Shown here: positions 1 to 6,994 of the stretch, piece by piece | Numbering within the stretch: the first letter of the stretch is position 1 | How the letters are laid out: the number at the start of each line of letters is the position of its first letter | Origin: a virus | Reading direction: 5' to 3' (one strand) | DNA length: 16,304 bases | UHGV virus genome: UHGV-0073938 | Notes under the pieces: generated by a model | What the model was told of the DNA's origin: nothing | What the model saw: only the letters and a program-made list of their open reading frames with translations | Databases searched by the model: none | Translations under genes and position numbers: made by a program

Positions 1-62
1 TGCAGAGGTGAGAGGCTGGAACGCCTGCCGCGCTGCAATGCTTCAGGGAAAAGGAGAGTGAT

Positions 63-329
63 ATGGCTATTGCCGCAAGTTACACAATGCATCTCTATTG
101 TGACTGCCGCCAGTGTACGGAAGGTGTATATCCAGTGCCAGACTTCGGTGAGTATATAGCGTTACTGATCCGCCAGGATGATGCACGCGTGCGCGGGCGT
201 ATAAAATCGATCAGCAGAAAATGTTGCGGTAAGTGCGGCGAGAGAGTTCCAGTTAATTCATGCCCGTGTAATGGTGACTCGCAATGCTGGGTGACTAAAG
301 GCTGGCATGAAACGAAATTAATAGTGTGA
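63..329 (+). CDS. hypothetical small Cys-rich protein (possible zinc-binding), 88 aa
   Basis: ATG at 63 preceded by AGGAG (53-57). ORF has paired cysteines (CDCRQC, CCGKCG, CPC). No clear His-Asn-His arrangement, so not called an HNH endonuclease. Confidence 0.5.
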   Translation: MAIAASYTMHLYCDCRQCTEGVYPVPDFGEYIALLIRQDDARVRGRIKSISRKCCGKCGERVPVNSCPCNGDSQCWVTKGWHETKLIV

Positions 330-378
330 CATGTCACGAGTAGATTATGCATGATGAATTTGATGGGGTTTGAATACT

Positions 379-404
379 GCCGCCAACTATGGCGGCTTTA
401 TTTT
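379..404 (+). terminator. intrinsic terminator-like hairpin upstream of terminase small subunit
   Basis: GCCGCC (379-384), loop AACTAT, GGCGGC (391-396), followed by TTTATTTT (397-404). Confidence 0.5.
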
Positions 405-408
405 GCAT

Positions 409-440
409 GGTACTATTACCACAACGGTAACTATTACCAC
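409..440 (+). repeat. tandem direct repeat of ACTATTACCAC in the terS 5' region
   Basis: ACTATTACCAC occurs exactly at 412-422 and 430-440, each preceded by GGT(A), ending 8 nt before the ATG at 448. Confidence 0.5.
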
Positions 441-447
441 GGTGGTT

Positions 448-1044
448 ATGATGCCTGCTGAACCTAAAACCTATAAACGCAAATCAACGCAATTTAAGCC
501 ACTAACAGCAATGCAGGAGGCTTATTGCCAGTCATACATCAAAACGCCTGAAAACCAGACTCAGGCAGCGATTAACGCAGGATTCTCCCCAAATACAGCG
601 GCAGTTAAAGCTAGTGTCATGATGCGCGATGAACGCATTCAAAAACGGATTGCCGAGTTGATGGAGGAGCGCAACAAACGAATGCGCGTCAGTGCTGATT
701 ACGTTCTCATGCGCCTGGTGGAGATCGACCAGATGGACGTGATCGACATCCTCAACGACGATGGGAGCCTTAAACCAATCCGTGAGTGGCCGAAAATCTG
801 GCGCACTACGCTTAGTGGCTTTGATCTGTCATCGACCATCATGAACATGAACGAGGATTCGATAGAGACAATCCTCAAAAAAATTAAATGGCCTGACAAG
901 GTGAAGAACCTTGAGCTGATTGGTAAGCATGTTGATGTCAACGCGTTCAAAGAACGTCTGGATGTTAATGTGAATGTGACAATTGCTGATCGCATAGCAG
1001 CAGCCAGGAAGCGACTCAAAGAACGTCAGGATGGTAATCAGTGA
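448..1044 (+). CDS. terminase small subunit
   Basis: The ORF-track start at 370 is TTG and would read through the 379-404 hairpin; the first in-frame ATG is 448. The N-terminal region (QEAYCQSYIKTPENQTQAAINAGFS...AAVKASVMMRDERIQKRIAEL) looks like the helix-turn-helix DNA-binding region typical of small terminase subunits. Stop overlaps the next start (ATGA at 1041-1044). Confidence 0.75.
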   Translation: MMPAEPKTYKRKSTQFKPLTAMQEAYCQSYIKTPENQTQAAINAGFSPNTAAVKASVMMRDERIQKRIAELMEERNKRMRVSADYVLMRLVEIDQMDVIDILNDDGSLKPIREWPKIWRTTLSGFDLSSTIMNMNEDSIETILKKIKWPDKVKNLELIGKHVDVNAFKERLDVNVNVTIADRIAAARKRLKERQDGNQ

Positions 1045-2510
1045 CAGATACAGCGTTATCTCCTGAAGAGCAGTTGATCGAGGATATTGCAGGGTTCACT
1101 CACGATCCGCTTGGCTATGCCCTCTATGCGTTCCCGTGGGGGGAAGAGGGTACTGAACTGGCACATGCCACCGGTCCACGTCAGTGGCAGGCCGATGCGT
1201 TCCGAGAGATACGTGATCACCTGCAGAATCCAGAGACGCGCTATCAGCCGCTTATGCTGGCACGCGCTTCTGGTCACGGTATTGGTAAATCCGCATTCAT
1301 CTCAATGCTGATCAACTGGGGCATGTCCACTTGCGAGGATTGTAAGGTCGTGGTGACCGCCAACACCGACAACCAGCTACGAACGAAGACCTGGCCGGAA
1401 ATTATCAAGTGGTCGAACCTTGCTATCACGAAAGACTGGTTTACCTGTACCGCTACTGCGATGTACAGCAATGATCCTGGGCACGACAAGCGGTGGCGAG
1501 CTGACGCAATCCCCTGGTCTGAGCACAACACTGAGGCATTCGCCGGACTACACAACGAGCGCAAACGCATCATCGTGGTATTCGATGAAGCGTCGAACAT
1601 TGCGGATCTGGTGTGGGAAGTTGCTGAGGGTGCGCTTACGGACGAAGACACTGAGATTATCTGGGTGGCGTTCGGAAACCCGACGCGTAATACCGGACGT
1701 TTCCGTGAATGTTTCCGCAAGTATAAACACCGCTGGAAAACTGCGCAGATTGACAGTCGGACGGTGGAAGGTACCAACAAACAGCAGTTGCAGAAATGGG
1801 TTGATGACTACGGGGAAGACAGCGACTTCGTTAAAATCCGTGTGCGTGGCATATTCCCTGATGCATCTGAATTGCAGTTTATCCCTACCGGTCTTACTGA
1901 CGAGGCAATGAAACGGGTGGTAACCGCTGCGCAGGTTGCACATGCTCCGGTGATAATCGGCGTTGACCCGGCATACTCCGGCGTTGATGACGCTGTGATA
2001 TACCTGCGGCAGGGGCTACACAGTAAGGTGCTGTGGACTGGCAACAAGACCACTGACGATCTGATAATGGCGAAGCGTATCGCTGACTTTGAAGACCAGT
2101 ACCAGGCTGACGCAGTGTTCATCGACTTCGGTTACGGAACTGGTCTGAAGTCAATCGGTGACGGCTGGGGTCGTACATGGCAACTTGTTCCGTTTGGTGG
2201 TGCGTCTACTGACCCGCAGATGCTCAACAAGCGTGGGGAGATGTTCAACTCATGCAAGACATGGCTGAGGCTGGGCGGCATGCTTGATGACCAGGAAACA
2301 GCGGACGACCTGTCGGCGGCAGAGTACAAAGTTCGAGTGGACGGTAAAATCGTTATCGAACCGAAGGAAGATATCAAGGAGCGGCTTGGGCGTTCTCCTG
2401 GTAAAGGCGATGCGCTACTGCTGACGTTTGCGTTCCCGGTAGCCAAGAAAACTAATGACCCACGGCAGCAGCAGGGCAGGGCTATAACAGACTATGACCC
2501 ATTTGAATGA
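1041..2510 (+). CDS. terminase large subunit
   Basis: 489 aa, translationally coupled to the preceding gene. Walker A-like P-loop (ARASGHGIGKS) near the N-terminus, followed by acidic motifs consistent with ATPase and nuclease domains. Confidence 0.85.
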   Translation: MTDTALSPEEQLIEDIAGFTHDPLGYALYAFPWGEEGTELAHATGPRQWQADAFREIRDHLQNPETRYQPLMLARASGHGIGKSAFISMLINWGMSTCEDCKVVVTANTDNQLRTKTWPEIIKWSNLAITKDWFTCTATAMYSNDPGHDKRWRADAIPWSEHNTEAFAGLHNERKRIIVVFDEASNIADLVWEVAEGALTDEDTEIIWVAFGNPTRNTGRFRECFRKYKHRWKTAQIDSRTVEGTNKQQLQKWVDDYGEDSDFVKIRVRGIFPDASELQFIPTGLTDEAMKRVVTAAQVAHAPVIIGVDPAYSGVDDAVIYLRQGLHSKVLWTGNKTTDDLIMAKRIADFEDQYQADAVFIDFGYGTGLKSIGDGWGRTWQLVPFGGASTDPQMLNKRGEMFNSCKTWLRLGGMLDDQETADDLSAAEYKVRVDGKIVIEPKEDIKERLGRSPGKGDALLLTFAFPVAKKTNDPRQQQGRAITDYDPFE

Positions 2511-2513
2511 TTT

Positions 2514-3362
2514 TTACTTTTGTGTTTTTGATTTTCTTTGATAGGTGGAATTTAAATCACCATTTATATTTACTAGAGGATTATTCAATAATGTACTGAT
2601 TTCTGGATTGTTAATTCCAGTAACGCCAAGTTTCTTTACGGACTCATTAAAGTCTTGTAATGATTTTAGACCTACAAGCCCATTAGCAATTGTATTATTT
2701 GTTGCCAAAGGAATGTTTTTCTTATAGGACTCATATTCGTTTTTTAAATTTTTGTGAGTTTTTTCTAGATTTTCTAGTTTAGATGTTGTTTCATCAATAA
2801 CCTTAGATAATTCTAAAATACGAGCTTGTGCTGCGCGCAGTTCTGTCTCCCTCTCTTTCAATTCAGATGTGAGTTGTCCCATTCTGTCTTTTGAAAGAAT
2901 TATTTCCTCTTTCATGTCTTGAATGTTTTTTTCAGCGCCTGTTTTTACTTTTTCGTAAGTAATGTCTTTTTTAGCCAGCAATCTCTGTAGCCGTGTTTCA
3001 CGTTGTATTTTTCTTGCCTTCCGGTGGTTTTCGATTGAGTCATTATTATCAAGAGGCTTTGCTTGCCATACGTTAATGATATTGTTTACCCATGGTAATA
3101 GGCAGCAGATAGTAATTACAGATAAGCATGGATAAAACATAACAGTTTTCCATGTGCTGTTATCTGAGATGTATGAAATTTTATCTATTATATTTGATTT
3201 GCTAAAAAATAGATAAAGAAGTGATTTCCAGTTGAAGGCGCACCAGGACATAACAAAAGCACCAAGCACAGGGTTTTTAGCTCGATGCACGGCAGTATTG
3301 GCAGTAGATGAAAACAGCTCTTTGAACGATTCGAACATACTAATTACCTTAAAGTTTTTCAT
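2514..3362 (-). CDS. hypothetical membrane-anchored coiled-coil protein (cargo gene; candidate exclusion/defence effector)
   Basis: Minus-strand ORF in a low-GC (about 30%) segment, versus about 50% in flanking phage genes. The track start at 3434 is TTG and overlaps a terminator. ATG at 3362 has AAGG 7 nt upstream; ATG at 3338 is an alternative start. Two hydrophobic segments (VLGAFVMSWCAFNWKSLLYLFF; VMFYPCLSVITICCLLPWV) precede about 100 aa of charged heptad-like sequence (KERETELRAAQARILELSKVIDETTSKLENLEK). Confidence 0.6.
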   Translation of the reverse strand: MKNFKVISMFESFKELFSSTANTAVHRAKNPVLGAFVMSWCAFNWKSLLYLFFSKSNIIDKISYISDNSTWKTVMFYPCLSVITICCLLPWVNNIINVWQAKPLDNNDSIENHRKARKIQRETRLQRLLAKKDITYEKVKTGAEKNIQDMKEEIILSKDRMGQLTSELKERETELRAAQARILELSKVIDETTSKLENLEKTHKNLKNEYESYKKNIPLATNNTIANGLVGLKSLQDFNESVKKLGVTGINNPEISTLLNNPLVNINGDLNSTYQRKSKTQK

Positions 3363-3363
3363 G

Positions 3364-3392
3364 ATTATACCTTTAAGGTAATTTGTGGTCAT
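3364..3392 (-). promoter_or_regulatory. possible sigma70-type promoter for the cargo gene
   Basis: Minus strand reads ATGACC (3392-3387), a 17 nt spacer, then TATAAT (3369-3364). A start here would favour the ATG at 3338, which has AAGG 8 nt upstream. Sequence-only guess. Confidence 0.3.
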
Positions 3393-3397
3393 CAGGC

Positions 3398-3421
3398 AAA
3401 AAATGCCCGGACGAACCGGGC
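3398..3421 (-). terminator. intrinsic terminator (minus strand)
   Basis: Minus strand reads GCCCGG-TTCGT-CCGGGC followed by ATTTTTT (hairpin 3405-3421, T-run 3398-3403). Confidence 0.5.
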
Positions 3422-3499
3422 GAACTGGAAGCAATGAGTTATGCCTTCCGTGGCTGTACTGGTTTACAGCATGAAGTCATCGCAATGGCGTCCTGCTGT

Positions 3500-3541
3500 A
3501 AAAAGGGCGGTGATAGTCCTTCAAGGGAAACCATCACCGCC
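3500..3541 (-). terminator. terminator-like hairpin downstream of the tRNA (minus strand)
   Basis: 9 bp stem (3506-3514 with 3533-3541) and an 18 nt loop, followed on the minus strand by CTTTTT (3500-3505). The loop is large for a typical terminator. Confidence 0.35.
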
Positions 3542-3584
3542 AAGCACCTGGAACTTCTGGCATCACGGTCCTTAGGCGTGATTC

Positions 3585-3661
3585 TGGCGTGGCATGCAGT
3601 ATTCGAACCTGCGACCAACCGCTTAGAAGGCGGTTGCTCTGTCCAACTGAGCTAATGCCAC
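3585..3661 (-). tRNA. tRNA-Arg (anticodon UCU)
   Basis: Minus strand folds as a cloverleaf by hand: acceptor GTGGCAT/ATGCCAC (7 bp), D-stem GCTC/GAGC, anticodon stem ACCGC/GCGGT with loop CTTCTAA (anticodon TCT), T-loop TTCGAAT, discriminator G and encoded CCA. The fifth T-stem pair is a G-A mismatch. Confidence 0.85.
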
Positions 3662-3960
3662 AACGCTGAGAGCACTTAGCCTGTTAAGGCGCCACACTTT
3701 GTCGCGGCTCCATAAATGCTCTCATCGTTGTACCCTCGTCTCTTCCGAGGCGTCACACCGAATCGCCGGGATGGTGAATCCCCGTGCGCGGAATAAAACC
3801 GCTCGACTTGCACATTCCGGCTACCTGGTTCGTTTGCCCGAGCAAGGGAGGGTGCCCCTTAAACGTATCCAGACCGCTATCGGCGCATGTGCCATACACC
3901 GTACTGCTCAAAATAAAAGCTCACCCCACCTGTTCAATTTAACGACAAGCCAGTCAGGTT
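3662..3960. other. GC-rich ORF-less segment; possible structured RNA, tRNA leader or recombination scar
   Basis: About 300 nt with no convincing ORF on either strand. The only track ORF (3699-3962) lacks an RBS and reads like noncoding translation. Several short GC-rich inverted repeats. No second cloverleaf found by hand. Confidence 0.3.
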
Positions 3961-4075
3961 AATAACCGGAATGAACTCTTTGCTTACCTGAAAGGTAATA
4001 ATTAGTGCGTTAAATGTCAAGTATCTACGATAAATAAATCATATGTGGTTAAATTGGTAATAATTTAATTGCGTA

Positions 4076-4087
4076 CGGAGTCATTGA
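4076..4087 (+). repeat. 12 nt direct repeat CGGAGTCATTGA, copy 1 (start context of the small ORF)
   Basis: Exact match to 4297-4308; both copies end 1 nt before an ATG. Confidence 0.4.
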
Positions 4088-4088
4088 T

Positions 4089-4295
4089 ATGTGCATGGGT
4101 AGCTCACCATCAGTGCCTGCAACACCAGAAGTTCAGGCAGCACCACAGGAGCAGGATGCCGCCGTTGTTGATGCCCGCGACGAAGAAACTCGTCGCCGTC
4201 GCGCTGCTGCTGGTCGTAGTTCTACGCTGCTTACCGGTTCTCAGGGCGACACATCAACCGCTAATACCAGCGGTAAAACGCTGCTTGGTCAGTAA
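4089..4295 (+). CDS. hypothetical small protein, 68 aa, predicted disordered and charged
   Basis: ATG at 4089 with GGAG 8 nt upstream. Codon usage resembles the neighbouring phage genes. Start context CGGAGTCATTGA is repeated at the portal start. Confidence 0.45.
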   Translation: MCMGSSPSVPATPEVQAAPQEQDAAVVDARDEETRRRRAAAGRSSTLLTGSQGDTSTANTSGKTLLGQ

Positions 4296-4296
4296 C

Positions 4297-4308
4297 CGGA
4301 GTCATTGA
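4297..4308 (+). repeat. 12 nt direct repeat CGGAGTCATTGA, copy 2 (start context of the portal gene)
   Basis: Exact match to 4076-4087. Confidence 0.4.
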
Positions 4309-4309
4309 A

Positions 4310-5989
4310 ATGGCGGAAACAACTAAAGAGCGATTGAACAAACAGTTCGCACAACTTGAAAGCGAGCGTCAGTCGTTCGAGCCGCACTGGCGCGAGTTGA
4401 GTGATTACATCAACCCGCGTGGTTCCCGCTTTCTGACTTCTGAGGTCAACCGTAACGATCGACGCAATACACGTATTATTGATTCGACCGGGACTATGGC
4501 GGCGCGCACTCTCGCCAGCGGCATGATGTCAGGCATCACAAGCCCCGCGCGTCCGTGGTTTCGCCTGGCTACGCCAGATCCTGAAATGATGGATTATGGC
4601 CCTGTTAAGTTGTGGCTTGAGGCGGTGCAGAACCGCATGAACGATATGTTCAATAATTCGAATCTCTATCAGTCGCTGCCGCAGTTATACGGAAGCCTCG
4701 GCACATACAGCACTGGTGCAATGGCAGTGCTGGAGGATGACGAGGACATCATTCGCACAATGCCATTCCCGATAGGCAGTTACTACCTGGCTAACTCACC
4801 TCGTGGCAGTGTGGACACCTGTTTTCGCAAGTTCTCTATGACTGTTCGTCAGCTTGTTCAGGAGTTCGGGCTAAATAACGTCAGCGAATCCGTAAAAAGC
4901 ATGTGGGAAAGCGGAACCTACGAGAAGTGGATTGAAGTGATGCATTCGGTTTACCCGAACATTGACCGCGATACATCGAAGCTGGATAGCAAGAACAAGC
5001 CATTCAAATCGGTTTATTACGAGGTTGGTGGCGATAACGACAAGTTGTTGCGTGAGTCCGGATTCGATGAGTTTCCAATTATGGCTCCGCGCTGGGAAGT
5101 TAACGGCGAAGATGTTTATGGATCATCATGCCCGGGTATGCTGGCGCTTGGACCTGTTAAGGCATTGCAGCTTCTCCAGAAGCGCAAGTCGCAGTTGATT
5201 GATAAAGCCACCAATCCGCCGATGGTTGCTCCGACTTCCCTCAAGAATCAGCGTGCCTCCCTTCTTCCTGGCGACATCACGTATATCGATCAGATTACTG
5301 GTCAGGATGGTTTCAGGCCTGCTTATCTGGTTAACCCCAGTACAGCAGATTTGGTGGCAGACATTCAGGACACCCGTCAAATCATTAACAGCGCCTACTT
5401 TGTCGATCTGTTCATGATGTTGCAGAACATCAATACCCGCTCGATGCCTGTTGAAGCGGTGATCGAAATGAAAGAAGAAAAACTTCTGATGTTGGGGCCG
5501 GTTCTGGAGCGTCTGAACGACGAATGTCTTAATCCTCTCATTGATCGCGCTTTCTCGATGATGGTGCGTAAAAACATGCTGCCGCCACCGCCTGACGCGA
5601 TGGAAGGTATGCCCCTGAAGGTCGAATACATTTCCGTCATGGCTCAGGCGCAGAAGTCTATCGGCCTGTCCAGTCTGGCGTCTACGGTCAACTTCATTGG
5701 TCAACTTGCGCAAGCGAAACCAGAAGCTCTCGACAAACTCAACGTTGATCAGGCGATCGATGCATTCGCTGATATGTCCGGAGTGTCTCCAACCGTCATT
5801 GTTCCGCAGGAACAGGTTGAGCAGGCTCGCCAGCAACGGGCACAGCAACAACAGCAGCAACAAATGATGGCGATGGGGATGGCGGCGGCACAGGGTGCCA
5901 AGACGCTAAGCGAAGCTAAAACTTCGGATCCGAGTGTTTTGTCAGCTATGGCGAATGCAGTTAGTGGTCAGGGTGGGCAATCACAATGA
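4310..5989 (+). CDS. portal protein
   Basis: 559 aa ORF as the first large gene after the terminase pair and before scaffold-like and capsid genes. GGAG-type RBS. Gln-rich C-terminal tail. Stop overlaps the next start (ATGA at 5986-5989). Call is by size and position; no diagnostic motif verified. Confidence 0.75.
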   Translation: MAETTKERLNKQFAQLESERQSFEPHWRELSDYINPRGSRFLTSEVNRNDRRNTRIIDSTGTMAARTLASGMMSGITSPARPWFRLATPDPEMMDYGPVKLWLEAVQNRMNDMFNNSNLYQSLPQLYGSLGTYSTGAMAVLEDDEDIIRTMPFPIGSYYLANSPRGSVDTCFRKFSMTVRQLVQEFGLNNVSESVKSMWESGTYEKWIEVMHSVYPNIDRDTSKLDSKNKPFKSVYYEVGGDNDKLLRESGFDEFPIMAPRWEVNGEDVYGSSCPGMLALGPVKALQLLQKRKSQLIDKATNPPMVAPTSLKNQRASLLPGDITYIDQITGQDGFRPAYLVNPSTADLVADIQDTRQIINSAYFVDLFMMLQNINTRSMPVEAVIEMKEEKLLMLGPVLERLNDECLNPLIDRAFSMMVRKNMLPPPPDAMEGMPLKVEYISVMAQAQKSIGLSSLASTVNFIGQLAQAKPEALDKLNVDQAIDAFADMSGVSPTVIVPQEQVEQARQQRAQQQQQQQMMAMGMAAAQGAKTLSEAKTSDPSVLSAMANAVSGQGGQSQ

Positions 5990-6282
5990 CAGATTACGAA
6001 GACGATCAACTGAAAGAAGAAAACGCCCGTAAGCAACGTGACATGGCACAGCGTGAAATTGATGACATTTGCTTTGTCATGAGCAGTGAACAGGGGCGTC
6101 GCGTTGTCTGGTCGGTGCTGGAGAAAGGCCGTGTGTTTTCCGCTATCTCACCGATGGACGCTATGGCAATGGCATTTAATGAGGGGCAACGCAATCTGGC
6201 GCTGGAACTGTTTCAGCGCGTTATGGCGCATTGCCCTGAACAGTATTTGAAGATGGCCAAAGAGGCCAGTGAACAGGAGTGA
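5986..6282 (+). CDS. hypothetical head-module protein, 98 aa
   Basis: Translationally coupled to the portal gene; sits between portal and scaffold-like genes. Confidence 0.55.
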   Translation: MTDYEDDQLKEENARKQRDMAQREIDDICFVMSSEQGRRVVWSVLEKGRVFSAISPMDAMAMAFNEGQRNLALELFQRVMAHCPEQYLKMAKEASEQE

Positions 6283-6284
6283 TC

Positions 6285-6980
6285 ATGAATTTATTTGAGC
6301 GTTTGCTGTATCGCCGTCTTTGCAATGAGCAACCAGTCGATGGTGGAGCAGCTCCGGCTGCGTCAGAACCGTCAGCGCCTGCAGGTGATAACCCTGCTCC
6401 AGTTGGTGATCCATCACAACAGGAAGGTGATAAGCCACAACCTGTTGCTGATGGCGATAAACCTGCTGATGACAAAAAGCCTGAAAACGATAAGCAGGAT
6501 GAAAAAAAGGACGGCGATAAACCAGAGGGTGCGCCAGAAAAGTACGAGTTTCAGGCTGCCGAAGGCGTAGAGCTGGATACAGAAGCGTTGAAGGAATTCG
6601 AGCCGGTGGCGCGAGAACTAAACCTGACCAACGAGCAAGCGCAAAAGCTGGTTGATGCTTATCCGAAGATTCTGGCAGGTGTTCAGCAGCGCCAGGCAGA
6701 AGCCTGGCAGAAAACAACCGAGCAGTGGGCTGCGGATGTAAAAGCCGACAAAGAAATCGGTGGCGACAAGTTGATTTCTAACCTTAGCGCCGCACAGCGT
6801 GCGCTTGACCAGTTCGGGACACCTGAACTCAAAGAATATCTGAACACCACCGGGCTGGGTAATCACCCTGATCTGGTCAAAACGTTCGTGAAAATCGGAA
6901 AGGCGATGTCTGAAGATGGCATGGTCACCGGTGGTAATGAAGGCCAGCGTAGTGCGGCCGAAGTGCTCTATGGCAAATAA
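6285..6980 (+). CDS. scaffolding-like protein (acidic, Pro/Ala/Asp-rich N-terminal region, helical C-terminal region)
   Basis: Track start at 6279 is GTG; the ATG at 6285 is preferred. Composition and position (after portal, directly before the capsid gene) fit a scaffold. Ends with SAAEVLYGK. Confidence 0.55.
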   Translation: MNLFERLLYRRLCNEQPVDGGAAPAASEPSAPAGDNPAPVGDPSQQEGDKPQPVADGDKPADDKKPENDKQDEKKDGDKPEGAPEKYEFQAAEGVELDTEALKEFEPVARELNLTNEQAQKLVDAYPKILAGVQQRQAEAWQKTTEQWAADVKADKEIGGDKLISNLSAAQRALDQFGTPELKEYLNTTGLGNHPDLVKTFVKIGKAMSEDGMVTGGNEGQRSAAEVLYGK

Positions 6981-6994
6981 GAGAGGAAATGACA

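Noticed and set aside
63-329. Calling the Cys-rich ORF an HNH endonuclease because it sits next to the terminase genes
   Set aside because: Cysteine pairs are present but I could not identify the His-Asn-His catalytic arrangement; left as hypothetical.
405-433. Sigma70 promoter for the terminase operon (TTGCAT, 17 nt, TAACTA)
   Set aside because: The -10 candidate matches the consensus at only 2 of 6 positions; not reported as a feature.
370-447. TTG start for the small terminase gene as given in the ORF track
   Set aside because: That start would put the 379-404 hairpin and T-run inside the coding sequence; the first in-frame ATG at 448 is a better start.
3363-3434. TTG start at 3434 for the minus-strand cargo gene
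   Set aside because: The extension overlaps the minus-strand terminator (3398-3421); ATG at 3362 or 3338 with AAGG upstream is more plausible.
3383-3655. + strand ORF of 90 aa
   Set aside because: Overlaps two terminator hairpins and the antisense of the tRNA, has no RBS, and reads like noncoding translation.
3662-3960. A possible second tRNA next to tRNA-Arg
   Set aside because: Hand search on both strands found no full cloverleaf. The nearest T-arm-like element (around GGTGAATCC, 3770-3780) lacks the canonical T-loop and there is no acceptor stem or CCA context.
3699-3962. + strand ORF of 87 aa in the GC-rich segment
   Set aside because: No RBS and a nonsense-like composition; treated as noncoding.
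4069-4308. Alternative-frame ORF of 79 aa overlapping the small ORF
   Set aside because: Starts at TTG with no RBS and reads as an Arg/Leu/His-rich shadow frame; the 4089 frame has ATG, an RBS and phage-like codon usage.
5126-5863. Minus-strand ORF of 245 aa inside the portal gene, and similar antisense ORFs (for example 1274-1780, 9554-10282, 6283-6717)
   Set aside because: They lie wholly antisense to strong coding genes, lack RBSs and have low-complexity, Arg-rich shadow-frame composition.
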